In this document: positions 29,228 to 37,940 of the stretch, piece after piece | How the letters are laid out: the number at the start of each line of letters is the position of its first letter | Position numbering within the stretch: the stretch's first letter is position 1 | Source: Thermomicrobiales bacterium | GTDB taxonomy: Bacteria; Chloroflexota; Chloroflexia; Thermomicrobiales; UBA6265 | DNA length: 64,000 bases | Assembly (NCBI GenBank): GCA_041390745.1 | Contig: JAWKPJ010000001.1 | Span: forward strand, 515,387-579,386 | Direction: 5' to 3' | Made by a program: the position numbers and the translations under genes | Notes under the pieces: generated by a model | Told to the model about the DNA's origin: nothing | The model's input: the letters and a program-made list of their open reading frames with translations, nothing else | Databases searched by the model: none

Positions 29228-29568
29228 GCCTGCCCCGCTTTGTCCGCCGGTGCGCCTGTTCCCCAATGACGGGATGGTATCACCGGGACGAACGATCCTG
29301 ACCTCTTGAGCTCTCGCAGGACTTCGGTCGGGAGGTCGCAGCATCAGGAATGGCGCCAACCCCAAAGCGTTCACGCTCGTCCTGGCGACCCCGGGCCGTC
29401 TCGATCACTCCGCGGCAACTGCAGGTACCTCTTTCCCCGAGAACGCGTGTGCCAGGCGACACGTGAGTGCGGCGACGTAAAATTGGTCTATACATTTCCC
29501 GATGCCTGCGGTATGTTGCGTACTGCCTGGAAGTACGGTGCTGTCTCCATCACTTCAGGAGATCATCC

Positions 29569-30519
29569 ATGGACGGCCACCAGTTCCTGCCGCGGCGGCC
29601 AGCGTTGGCCACCTCACGGCGCTCGGCGTTGAGCGCGCTCCTCGCGATACCCGGTGCAACCTCGCTGGCCTCCGTCGCCGCAAAGAAAAAGAAGAAGAAG
29701 AAACGCTGCTCGCCTTGCAAGCGGCGCAAGAAAGGCAAGTGCAAGACGAACAAGCTGGACGGCGCCGCCTGCCCCGAGGGGATCTGCCAGCACGGGAATT
29801 GCCTGCCTATCTCCCAGGACTTCACCACACCCGGCAACTTCACCTTTACCTCTCCCCGGGCCGGAACCGTGACCATCGACGCCTTCGGCGCAGGTGGCGG
29901 CACGGGCGGCAGGGGCGGCACGGGCGGTGCAACCGAGGGCGGTACCCCCGGCGTTCCGGGCCTTGGCGGCAGGGTCACGGCCACCATCGCCGTTGCCGCT
30001 GGCGAGGTGCTGGAAATCCGCGTGGGCGGCGCCGGCGGCAATGCCGATAACGGTTATGCCTACCCCGGGCTCGGTGGCGACGGAGCAGGTGGTCAGGGAG
30101 GCGTGGGAGGTCTGGGAGGCCCCAGCGTCGGCGGGGACCCCGGCTACCCTGGCGGTAACGGGACAGGCAACGGCGGCGGTGGCGGGGGTGGCGGTGGCGG
30201 CGGCGCCGCATCCACGGTGCGCCGCAGTCCCTTCGCAGTCGCAGACACCTTCCTCGTGGCGAACAGCGGTGGCGGAGCCGGCGGAGGGGCAGGCGGGTTC
30301 GGGACCGGCGGCACAGGCGGGGATGGCGGCGAGGGCTGGGGTGCGGGCATGGCCGGCGTTCCAAACGGTGGCGTAGGCACCGCCGGCATGGACGTCAATG
30401 GCGTCTCCGGCGGCGCCCCAGGCGTCAGCGGCACGGCCCTTGGCCCACCGGGCGCCACCTTCGAGCCAGACCTACGGGCCGGAGATGGCAGCGTTACAGT
30501 GACCTTCACACCCGCCTGA
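29569..30519 (+). CDS. Tat-signal secreted protein: Lys/Cys-rich N-terminal segment plus glycine-rich (ALK-GRD/Gly_rich-like) domain
   Basis: An AGGAG RBS lies 8 nt before ATG 29569. The signal is MDGHQFLPRRPALATSRRSALSALLAIPGATSLASVAA, followed by KKKKKKKRCSPCKRRKKGKCKTNKLDGAACPEGICQHGNC. Then comes FTFTSPRAGTVTIDAFGAGGGTGG...GGRVTATIAVAAGEVLEIRVGGAGG...GGGGGGGGGGG...FLVANSGGGAGGG...GDGSVTVTF. Confidence 0.6.
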   Translation: MDGHQFLPRRPALATSRRSALSALLAIPGATSLASVAAKKKKKKKRCSPCKRRKKGKCKTNKLDGAACPEGICQHGNCLPISQDFTTPGNFTFTSPRAGTVTIDAFGAGGGTGGRGGTGGATEGGTPGVPGLGGRVTATIAVAAGEVLEIRVGGAGGNADNGYAYPGLGGDGAGGQGGVGGLGGPSVGGDPGYPGGNGTGNGGGGGGGGGGGAASTVRRSPFAVADTFLVANSGGGAGGGAGGFGTGGTGGDGGEGWGAGMAGVPNGGVGTAGMDVNGVSGGAPGVSGTALGPPGATFEPDLRAGDGSVTVTFTPA

Positions 30520-30570
30520 TCAACCGGCGGCGCTGGTCACCTCCTTCGCTGGCATGACAAGACCGCGCGC

Positions 30571-31296
30571 ATGGAACGCATCGCACTCATCTCCGACATC
30601 CACGGCAATATGCCGGCGCTGGAAGCTGTGCTCGATGACATCGCGCGCAGGGGGATGACGCGCATCCTCTGCCCGGGAGATATGGAAGGCCGGGGACCTC
30701 GCGGGGCAGATGTGGTTGACCGGGTGCGTGCCTGCTGCGAGGCCGTGGTGCGCGGCAACTGGGAGGACGGCCTGGCGGCTGCTGACATCGACCACCCGTT
30801 GGCCAGATGGCATCTGTCGCGGCTCGGTTCGGATCGCCTGGCCTGCCTCGCGACTCTGCCATTTTCGCTGGACACGGTGCTGAGCGGGCGGCACATCTGC
30901 CTGCCCCACGCCTCACCGCAAAGTGTCAATGCGCACGTCTTTCCCGACGCGCCGGAAGAACGGCTGCTCGCGATGTTCGAAAACTCTGACCTGACCGGCG
31001 ATGGTCCACTGCCGGACATCGTGATCTACGGCGACACCCATGTTCCGGCCTGGCGTCCGTTCGGCTCACGGGTGCTGCTGAACGTAGGCAGCGTGAGTTC
31101 GCCGCTGGATGGGCAATGTGACGCCACCTACGCGATCATCGAGGGTCACGCAGGACCGGCAGTCGCCGCCCTGGGCCACACCATCGTCCGGGTTCCCTAT
31201 GACGTGGAGCGGGCCATCCGGGATGCGAGCGAGGCAAGGCTTCCCAACTGGGAGGTTTACGCCACCGATCTTCGCACGGGGCAGTTCACCGGTTAG
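30571..31296 (+). CDS. Metallophosphoesterase (YfcE/MJ0936-like)
   Basis: The motifs are ALISDIHGN, CPGDMEGRGPRG, VRGNWE, IYGDTH and LLNVGSV. Confidence 0.8.
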   Translation: MERIALISDIHGNMPALEAVLDDIARRGMTRILCPGDMEGRGPRGADVVDRVRACCEAVVRGNWEDGLAAADIDHPLARWHLSRLGSDRLACLATLPFSLDTVLSGRHICLPHASPQSVNAHVFPDAPEERLLAMFENSDLTGDGPLPDIVIYGDTHVPAWRPFGSRVLLNVGSVSSPLDGQCDATYAIIEGHAGPAVAALGHTIVRVPYDVERAIRDASEARLPNWEVYATDLRTGQFTG

Positions 31297-31496
31297 CGCT
31301 CCTCCTTCCGCACCTGCCGCCGCACTCAGCGACTTGCAGAAGATACGGCCCGCGCAGCACTTGCTCCTCCACCGCCCGCTGTGTAGGTATTGCGCGGCGA
31401 TAGCTGGCACTTGCGCATTTCTACGGATGGTCTCTGCTCCCCTGCGCTGCAGAATGCAAGCCAGGGTACGTCGCACCTGTTCAACTGGAGGCCGCT

Positions 31497-31782
31497 ATGG
31501 AAACTGCTCGCTTCACTGCTCTCGCCCGGCGCCTGGGGCGCCGTTGCTCCGCCCTGGCCGGCGCTGCACTCATCGTCGCCTCGCACCTGCCCCCAGGCGC
31601 CTGAGGAAGCACAGGGCCGGAAGAAGCGGCGACGCAAAATCTGCAAGCTGGAAGCAACCCGCTGCGGCCGGACGTGCGTGAATACACGCACCGATCCCCG
31701 CCACTGTGGCGGGTGTGACAAGCGGTGCGATGCAGGGGTGGAGTGCGTGAACAAGACCTGCGGTGGGCCGCAGCCCGTCTGA
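31497..31782 (+). pseudogene. Small secreted Cys-rich (STIG1-like) protein, frame interrupted at a C5 run
   Basis: A GGAGG RBS lies 7 nt before ATG 31497. Frame 0 gives the signal METARFTALARRLGRRCSALAGAALIVASHLPP and then TGA at 31602. Frame 1 continues QAPEEAQGRKKRRRKICKLEATRCGRTCVNTRTDPRHCGGCDKRCDAGVECVNKTCGGPQPV (stop 31780-31782). The switch lies at CCCCC 31590-31594. Confidence 0.5.
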
Positions 31783-31804
31783 CAACCGTCTGCACCTGAG
31801 CCAG

Positions 31805-31832
31805 GCGACCCGGCCAGCGATGGCCGGGTCGC
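31805..31832. terminator. Bidirectional stem-loop between convergent genes
   Basis: An 11-bp perfect stem (GCGACCCGGCC / GGCCGGGTCGC) with a 6-nt loop lies between the stops at 31782 (+) and 31847 (-). Confidence 0.6.
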
Positions 31833-31846
31833 GGTCTGCGACAATC

Positions 31847-33466
31847 CTACGCGATGCGCTCGCTCAGGCCCGGCGTCGGCGTGGGAATCCACCACTCCTC
31901 GCCGCGCTCGGTCTGCACGTACTCGGGCCAGCGCAGGTCGATGGGCGGCGTGAAGTCGCGCCCCAGCAGCGGCGCCACCCACTTGCTGCCGCCCACGCCG
32001 CCGCCCGTGCGCTCGTTGAACTCCTGCGTCGCCTTCTCCAGTTCTCCCTCAACCGTCAACAGGTCAAGGATGGTGCCGGCGATCGTCTTCGAGGCCATGA
32101 ACATGCCGGGGTCGATGATGGCGGGCACCCCGCCCATCGCGTTGTAGGCCCAGTTCGGATACTCGTAGCCGTGGTACGGCGTGCGCAGCACCGGCCGCCC
32201 GGTGAACACGCGCACCGTCGGCGCGTGCCACGTGTAGTCCGTGTAGTCATCCGACGTGAAGTTCTTCTGCCATTCCGGCAGTAACTTGCGCGTCTCCGCC
32301 TCATACTCCCTTGGGTCCGTCAGGGAGGTGAAGGCCTCCGGGAAGGGGTTGGCCATCGGCTCCAGGCCCAGGTTGCGCTGCAACTCTCGCGCGAATTCCA
32401 GCGCCTCCTCGGAGTATTCCGGCGCGCCGGCCAGCTCCATGTTGCGGAAGGTGAGGTCGGCCATCGCGTTGTTGGAGAGGCCCGGCCGCGTCCTGGTCAC
32501 CCACTGCACGTGCGCCTGGCAGCCAGTCGCGCCCGCCGCGTGCTTGGCGTTGTTCGCCAGCACGCGGTAGATCTGCTCCTGAATCTCCAGGGTTGGCGCG
32601 CGCCACGAATACTGGATCTGGCTCCAGCGGGGCGGCAGGTTGTCCGAGGTCGCGTCACCGGCGGCCAGGATGAACTCGTTGAGGGTCCACGTTCCCGTGT
32701 GCGGGAACATCGCCTCCTTCGTGTACTTGGTTAGCGTGTACATCAGGCAGAGCGCATCGATAGCGCCCGGCGTGCGAACCGAGCTGTGCGGATTCGCCGC
32801 GCTGTCTTCGTGCGCCGTGGGCGATGCCCCCTTGACCTCCCACGCCTCGGGCTCCGCGCACTCGAAGGTAAAGACCGCGCTCCAGTAGGAGCCACAGTGC
32901 GTCTCCCAGACGGTCGTATTGGCGTTCAGCGGGTGATAGGAGATAAAGGCGTCGGCGTCGTCGAAGTAGCCCTTGGCGGCGTGGACCGGCTTGGAGCCGC
33001 ACACCTTCTCTGCCGGCTCGCCGAAGAACTTGAGCGTACCGGGGATGTTGTACTTCTCCATGGTCGCCTTGGCCGCCAGGATGCCGCCTAGCGCCCCTAC
33101 GCCCAGCATGGAGTGCGGGTCGGTGTGGCCCGCTGCGTACGGGTGCAGCCCCTCGCGCGGCGCGCGGTACGGCACAGCCTGCTGGGAGTTCCCCGGCACC
33201 GCGTCATATTCGGCGTAGGAACCGATCACCGGCCCGCCGCTGCCCGAAGTCCAGGTCGCCATGAAGGCGGTCGGCATCTCGCCGCTCCCAACCTCGACCT
33301 CGAATCCCTCGTCGCGCAAGAGGTCGACATACGCCCTGGCGGAGCGGTACTCCCGCCAGGCTGGTTCGGCGTAGCGCCAGATTTCCATGTCGAAGTCAGA
33401 AAGACGCCGCTCGTTCTCATCGACCCAGTCGAACGCAAACTGCTTCGCCTCGTAGAGGCTGGACAT
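31847..33466 (-). CDS. M20-family amidohydrolase (AbgB / aminobenzoyl-glutamate utilisation protein B-like)
   Basis: An AAGGAGGG RBS precedes ATG 33466. EYDAVPGNSQ...GHTDPHSMLG...LKFFGEPAEK is typical of M20D/AbgB-like enzymes. Confidence 0.8.
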   Translation of the reverse strand: MSSLYEAKQFAFDWVDENERRLSDFDMEIWRYAEPAWREYRSARAYVDLLRDEGFEVEVGSGEMPTAFMATWTSGSGGPVIGSYAEYDAVPGNSQQAVPYRAPREGLHPYAAGHTDPHSMLGVGALGGILAAKATMEKYNIPGTLKFFGEPAEKVCGSKPVHAAKGYFDDADAFISYHPLNANTTVWETHCGSYWSAVFTFECAEPEAWEVKGASPTAHEDSAANPHSSVRTPGAIDALCLMYTLTKYTKEAMFPHTGTWTLNEFILAAGDATSDNLPPRWSQIQYSWRAPTLEIQEQIYRVLANNAKHAAGATGCQAHVQWVTRTRPGLSNNAMADLTFRNMELAGAPEYSEEALEFARELQRNLGLEPMANPFPEAFTSLTDPREYEAETRKLLPEWQKNFTSDDYTDYTWHAPTVRVFTGRPVLRTPYHGYEYPNWAYNAMGGVPAIIDPGMFMASKTIAGTILDLLTVEGELEKATQEFNERTGGGVGGSKWVAPLLGRDFTPPIDLRWPEYVQTERGEEWWIPTPTPGLSERIA

Positions 33467-33738
33467 TGCGACTCCCTCCTTTTCGTCTGGCCATTGACCT
33501 GCGGCGATTCTACCGAAATGCCCTGCCCTGCACGCGGTGGTGCGCCGCCACCCGCGCACAAACCATATCGGCACAATTGGTCTCACAGGATATCGACACT
33601 ACGTCGCGAGAGGCATACACTGCACAGGAACTCCCGGAACGAGATTGCCCTGGGCGCTGCTGACTCTGCGTTGGCCGCGTAACTCGCGCAATCATCTGTT
33701 GGCCGGGAACAGGTTGTGGCCCATCGCCCGCCGGAATC

Positions 33739-34983
33739 ATGGGCCATCACGGTCTGGAGGTCTCCGTGCGCAAACCCTGGGATCCAATCAGCGAAATGCA
33801 GGCCGCGAATCGCGCCCTCAAACGCGAAATGATGCGGGACCTGGAGGACATGAGCCGCCGCGAGCTCATGAGGCGCGGCATCAAGCTGGCCGCCGGCGCG
33901 TCTGCCGCCAGCCTGCTCTTCCAGGCGGGTATCCCGCTTCACACGTACGCCCAGACGCCGGCGGTTGAAATTCCCCCGCTGCCAGAGTTCACCGAAATTC
34001 CCGAGAACCTCAAGGGCAGCGGCGAGGTCCGCGTCCAGTCCTGGGGCGGCGCCTTCCAGGACGCCCAGCGCGAGGCCTACTTCATCCCCTTCCAGGAGCT
34101 GTCTGGCATCAAGGTCATCGAGTCTGAGGGGCCTGACCCGTCCAAGATCAAGGCCATGGTCGACACCGGCAACGTCGAGCAGGATGTCGTGCAGATGGAC
34201 CGCTCGGACATCATGCTGCTTGAGAAGCAGGGTGACTACTGGGAGGAAATCGACTACTCCCTGTTCGATGTCGACAACATCGACGAAAGCCACCGCTACA
34301 AGTATTCGGTCGATATGCTCCCGTACGCGACGGTGATCGGGTACCGCACCGATGCCTTCCCCGAAGGCCCGAACACCCAGGCCGACTTCTGGAACCAGGA
34401 GGCGTTCCCTGGCCCGCGCACCACTACAGCCGGCACCGGCGGCGTCACGCCGTTCCTGGAGGCTGGCTTCATCGCCAACGGCACCGCGTTGGATGCCATC
34501 TACCCGATGGACATTGAGCAGGGCTACGAGTACTTCAACGCCATCAAGCCCTACGTTGCCAAGTTCTGGGAGGCAGGCGCCCAGCCCGCCCAGATGCTGA
34601 CCGACAACGAAGTCGTCATGGCGCACTCCTGGAACGGCCGCATGCATGCCATCCAGCAGGAGGGCGCGCCGGTCAAGGTGGTCTGGAACGAGGCGCAGCT
34701 CGCCACCGATGTCTGGGCGGTGCCCAAGGGCGCGGCCAACGCAGAGAATGCCATGAAGTTCTCCGCGTTCATTACGCTGCCGGTCTCCCAGGCCCGGCTT
34801 AGCTACCTGATTCCGTACGGCTCCGTCAACAAGGCCTCGGCTGCCCTGATGACGCCAGAGCAGTTGGAGAACTTGCCGACATCTCCTGCCTACCTGGACC
34901 TCATGTCGATCCGGGATATCGCCTGGTGGGTGGACAACCGCGATGCGGTAACCTCCCGCTGGAACGAGTGGATCCTCGAGTAG
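33739..34983 (+). CDS. Spermidine/putrescine-type (PotD/PotF family) ABC substrate-binding protein, Tat signal, no adjacent transporter genes
   Basis: The Tat signal is MSRRELMRRGIKLAAGASAASLL, followed by VRVQSWGGAFQDAQREAYFIPF...VWAVPKGAANAENAMKF. The true start is possibly ATG 33850 (MSRRELM). Confidence 0.8.
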   Translation: MGHHGLEVSVRKPWDPISEMQAANRALKREMMRDLEDMSRRELMRRGIKLAAGASAASLLFQAGIPLHTYAQTPAVEIPPLPEFTEIPENLKGSGEVRVQSWGGAFQDAQREAYFIPFQELSGIKVIESEGPDPSKIKAMVDTGNVEQDVVQMDRSDIMLLEKQGDYWEEIDYSLFDVDNIDESHRYKYSVDMLPYATVIGYRTDAFPEGPNTQADFWNQEAFPGPRTTTAGTGGVTPFLEAGFIANGTALDAIYPMDIEQGYEYFNAIKPYVAKFWEAGAQPAQMLTDNEVVMAHSWNGRMHAIQQEGAPVKVVWNEAQLATDVWAVPKGAANAENAMKFSAFITLPVSQARLSYLIPYGSVNKASAALMTPEQLENLPTSPAYLDLMSIRDIAWWVDNRDAVTSRWNEWILE

Positions 34984-34985
34984 GA

Positions 34986-35025
34986 ACCCTCACGCCATCC
35001 CCTCTCCCGGTGCGCGGGAGAGGGG
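34986..35025. repeat. REP-like palindromic element, family 1 (inverted relative to 26361-26404), positioned as a terminator hairpin
   Basis: ACCCTCACGCCAT is followed by CCCCTCTCCCG (34999-35009), a GTGCG loop and CGGGAGAGGGG (35015-35025). It starts 3 nt after stop 34981-34983 and is followed by CTCTTTG. Confidence 0.75.
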
Positions 35026-35121
35026 CTCTTTGTGCCGCGGCAGACGGCGGTTGGATCGTCTTGATTCTGTCGAGGAAGTTCATCGGCCTCGGCGTCACAC
35101 GCACCTGATTGACGCATCTCC

Positions 35122-35952
35122 ATGCCCTCCGTGCAGCACCCCACCGGGTCCCTTATCCCCATCGGCCGGTTCTCCAAGATCAGCCGTCTTTCCGTGTCCT
35201 CCCTGCGCTACTACGACGAACTCGGCCTGTTGCGGCCAGCCTACGTCGATCCGGACTCCTCCTACCGCTACTACCTCCTCTCGCAGGTCCGTACGGCGGA
35301 AACGATCCGCCTGTTGCGGGCGCTCGATATGCCGCTGGAGGAGGTCCAGCGCTACCTGGAGGAAAGCGATTCTGCCCAGGCGCGGGACCTTCTGAACCAC
35401 CACGAGCGGCGCATGGAAGAGCGTATCGCCGAGGGTCAGCGCATCCTCGCGTACCTGCGCCGTCTGCAGGGCGGAGGAGAAGAGGACGCGCCGCCGCTGG
35501 TCCTGGCGCAGAATTTGCCGCCGCAGGAGATCCTGGCCATCCACGCCCGGGTCCCGGAAACAGCCGTGCCGGGCGCCTGGCGTGAACTGGCGGCCGAGTT
35601 GCGGGCCTACCTGCGCCGCCGTGAGGGGTCGGAACAGCCGGTGGGAGCCATCTTCCCGGACCCGTTCCATGATGAACGCGCCGTCAACATGACGGTCTTC
35701 ATCCCCAGCCCCGCCAACGCGCGCGGGCAGGGCCGGATCGTGCGGGAGCACCTGCCGGGCGGCTTGTGCGCCACCATCCGGCACCTGGGGCCCTACACGC
35801 TCCTGCACCGCTCCTACGAGCACCTGGCGGCATGGATGCAGGGTCACGGTCACGAGGCGACCGGCGCCCCGCGCGAGGTCTATCTGGTCGGCCCCACGGA
35901 AACCGCCGACCCCCACAGTTACGAAACAGACGTTATCTGGCCAATCCGCTGA
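35122..35952 (+). CDS. MerR-family transcriptional regulator with a GyrI-like effector-binding domain (BmrR-like)
   Basis: The MerR HTH is IGRFSKISRLSVSSLRYYDELGLLRP...YRYY. A coiled linker follows, and then a C-terminal GyrI-like domain of about 150 aa. Confidence 0.85.
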   Translation: MPSVQHPTGSLIPIGRFSKISRLSVSSLRYYDELGLLRPAYVDPDSSYRYYLLSQVRTAETIRLLRALDMPLEEVQRYLEESDSAQARDLLNHHERRMEERIAEGQRILAYLRRLQGGGEEDAPPLVLAQNLPPQEILAIHARVPETAVPGAWRELAAELRAYLRRREGSEQPVGAIFPDPFHDERAVNMTVFIPSPANARGQGRIVREHLPGGLCATIRHLGPYTLLHRSYEHLAAWMQGHGHEATGAPREVYLVGPTETADPHSYETDVIWPIR

Positions 35953-36164
35953 GCCAGCACCCCGGCTCGACGGATTCTGGCGCCCGTCCCGGCCTGCTGC
36001 AGCGGCCACAAGAGCGGACTTGTTGCGCTGTCCGGTGTTCCGGACACGCGTTTCCCGTGAGAGTTCCCGTACGCTCTACGGGAGTCATATGGGACACGCC
36101 ACACTACCGTTTCCTGCGATCACCAGGCGCGTCAGTCGCAGATGAATCTTGTGGAGTTGCCTGC

Positions 36165-36863
36165 ATGGCCACCAACGTTCCAAAGGAGACGCCTGTCCCT
36201 GCGCCTGCGCCGGTTTCGCGCTCCGGCCGCCGCCGCCTCCTTGCAGCACTCGCGCTGACTGCCTTACGTGCTGGTTCCTTCCTGGCAAGCTCGCTCCAGC
36301 CCGAAACCACTGCCGCCGATCCCCTCGATCGCGCACGCCGCCGCAAGAGCAGCCAGCGCAAGAAGCGGCACAGCCGGCTGGAGAAGCGCCGCAGGCGGCA
36401 TCGCGGCGCAGGAAGCACGAGCCGGGACAACCGCAAGGGCATTTACCTCAACATCCTCAGCGAGGAGCATGCGTTTTCAGCCGAGATCTGGGGCGGCAAC
36501 TTTGGCTGGGAGCTCATCCAGAGCATCGATCTGTCACCGAGGTTTGCCTACCGCTGGGACGGCGAACACAATCACGTGGGCTTGCATCTGGTCAACCTTG
36601 GTCTGTCCAACCCGTTCATCTGGGTAGAAGCTGGCGCAAACGACCGTGAAGTCGGCGTGGCCGTGCAGGATGTCGGGGCCATGACCTTCACCGGGTACGT
36701 TGGCCCCTACGAGCTCGCTCCCGTGAAGTTGGCCCAGGGGCAATCGGTCGAGGCGAAGGCCTTCGCGAACATTGACCGCAAGATTTCCGTCCGGATCGAG
36801 CGCTTGTCGGACACCGTGCATAACCGCGTTTTCAAGATCACGCTGGGGAAAGCGATCTACTGA
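36165..36863 (+). CDS. Tat-signal secreted protein with a polybasic linker and an uncharacterised domain of about 140 aa
   Basis: ATG 36165 follows GGAG. The signal is SRSGRRRLLAALALTALRAGSFLASS and the linker is RARRRKSSQRKKRHSRLEKRRRRHRG. I do not recognise the beta-rich C-terminal domain. The ORF-track start at 35766 overlaps the merR-like gene. Confidence 0.5.
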   Translation: MATNVPKETPVPAPAPVSRSGRRRLLAALALTALRAGSFLASSLQPETTAADPLDRARRRKSSQRKKRHSRLEKRRRRHRGAGSTSRDNRKGIYLNILSEEHAFSAEIWGGNFGWELIQSIDLSPRFAYRWDGEHNHVGLHLVNLGLSNPFIWVEAGANDREVGVAVQDVGAMTFTGYVGPYELAPVKLAQGQSVEAKAFANIDRKISVRIERLSDTVHNRVFKITLGKAIY

Positions 36864-36897
36864 CGCTGCTGCGCACTCCTGACGCCGGGGCGCAGCC

Positions 36898-37923
36898 TCA
36901 CCCGCCCTGCCGATGCTCCGCGCCGCTCCGCGCCAGCCGGCTCTGGAAGATGACGACCACCAGCAGGAACGCGCCCCGGATGAGGTTTTCCCAGAAGGAG
37001 TTGAGCTGGAAGGTGCCCTGTCCACGCTCAAAGTTGAGAATCACGAAGATCAGCCCCAGCAGCAGGACACCGATGAGGGTACTGCCGACCGAACCCACGC
37101 CGCCGGTCAGGAGCGTGCCGCCCACCACGACCGCGGCGATGGCGGAGAGTTCCCAGCCTATCGCCCCGGTCGGCGACCCGGAGAAGGAGAGCGCCGCCAG
37201 GAAGACCCCGGCCAGCCCGGCCAGCGCGCCGCTCATGGCGTAGACGAGCAGCAGGGTCCGCCCCACGGGGATTCCAGCGAGACGCGCGGCTTCCTCGTTG
37301 CCGCCAATGGCCAGCACATGCCGGCCAAAGCGGGTGCGGTTCAGGAGCAACGCGCAGAGCACGTAGAGCACAGCGGTGATAATCACCGGCAGTGGAACCG
37401 GCCCGACGTGAAGACTGCCCAACTCCGTGAATCCCGCGGCGAAATCGACCATCACCGGCGCGTTGTCGGAGAGCGTCAGCGCCGCGCCCCGTGCGAAGAG
37501 CAACATGGCCAGTGTCACCACGAAGGGTTGCAATGCAAACCGGGCGATAAGCCCACCGTTGATCAGCCCGATCGCCAGCCCGATCAACACCGCGCCCCCC
37601 ACGGCCGGGACGAGGCCCAGACCGCTGAGGCGCGCGGCCGTCACGGCGGCCAGCACTGCCACCGATCCCACCGAAAGGTCTATGCCCGCCGTGATAATCA
37701 CAAAGGTCATGCCAAGCGCAATCAGCGCGTAGTAGGTGTTGTTGTTCAGGAAGGCGTCGAAGATGTTGTAGATGCTGTAGAACTTCGGGCCGTAGCGAAT
37801 CACCCCGAAAAGGGCCAGCACAATCAGCGCAATAAGCGCTCCCTGCCGCTGCAGGGCGCTGATGGCGCGTTCCCGGGTCAGGCTGCGCGGCGTGGCCGCG
37901 TTCGTGGTGAAAACACTCGCCAC
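36898..37923 (-). CDS. Sugar ABC transporter permease (RbsC/monosaccharide type)
   Basis: The motif IITAGIDLSVGSV is present, the protein is a polytopic membrane protein, and GGNEEAARLAGIPV is present. Confidence 0.85.
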   Translation of the reverse strand: MASVFTTNAATPRSLTRERAISALQRQGALIALIVLALFGVIRYGPKFYSIYNIFDAFLNNNTYYALIALGMTFVIITAGIDLSVGSVAVLAAVTAARLSGLGLVPAVGGAVLIGLAIGLINGGLIARFALQPFVVTLAMLLFARGAALTLSDNAPVMVDFAAGFTELGSLHVGPVPLPVIITAVLYVLCALLLNRTRFGRHVLAIGGNEEAARLAGIPVGRTLLLVYAMSGALAGLAGVFLAALSFSGSPTGAIGWELSAIAAVVVGGTLLTGGVGSVGSTLIGVLLLGLIFVILNFERGQGTFQLNSFWENLIRGAFLLVVVIFQSRLARSGAEHRQGG

Positions 37924-37940
37924 CCGCCGCTCCTTGCCCG

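Noticed and set aside
21772-29269. Other long opposite-strand ORFs: 21772-23508 (-), 23367-24602 (-), 26184-28277 (+) and 28163-29269 (+).
   Set aside because: Each is antisense to a gene with strong family motifs (murA, ycaQ, the pLGIC-like gene or the FAD oxidoreductase). All are Arg/Gly/His-rich artefacts.
29467-29568. The longer start for the glycine-rich protein (MRRRKIGLYISRCLRYVAYCLEVRCCLHHFRRSS...).
   Set aside because: The extension has no RBS and an implausible composition. ATG 29569 has an AGGAG 8 nt upstream and opens directly into a Tat-type signal.
29880-30430. A periodic GGN-rich nucleotide repeat that might look like a tandem repeat or CRISPR-like array, with overlapping ORFs such as a poly-Pro ORF on the minus strand.
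   Set aside because: There are no constant-length repeat/spacer units. The periodicity is codon-level Gly coding within a gene that has an RBS, a signal peptide and interspersed beta-strand motifs. The overlapping ORFs are low-complexity shadows.
35108-35121. TTGACG immediately upstream of the merR-like ATG, considered as a -35 box.
   Set aside because: It is too close to the start codon to leave room for a -10 element and a transcript start. I could not find a convincing MerR-type 19-nt-spacer promoter with a dyad.
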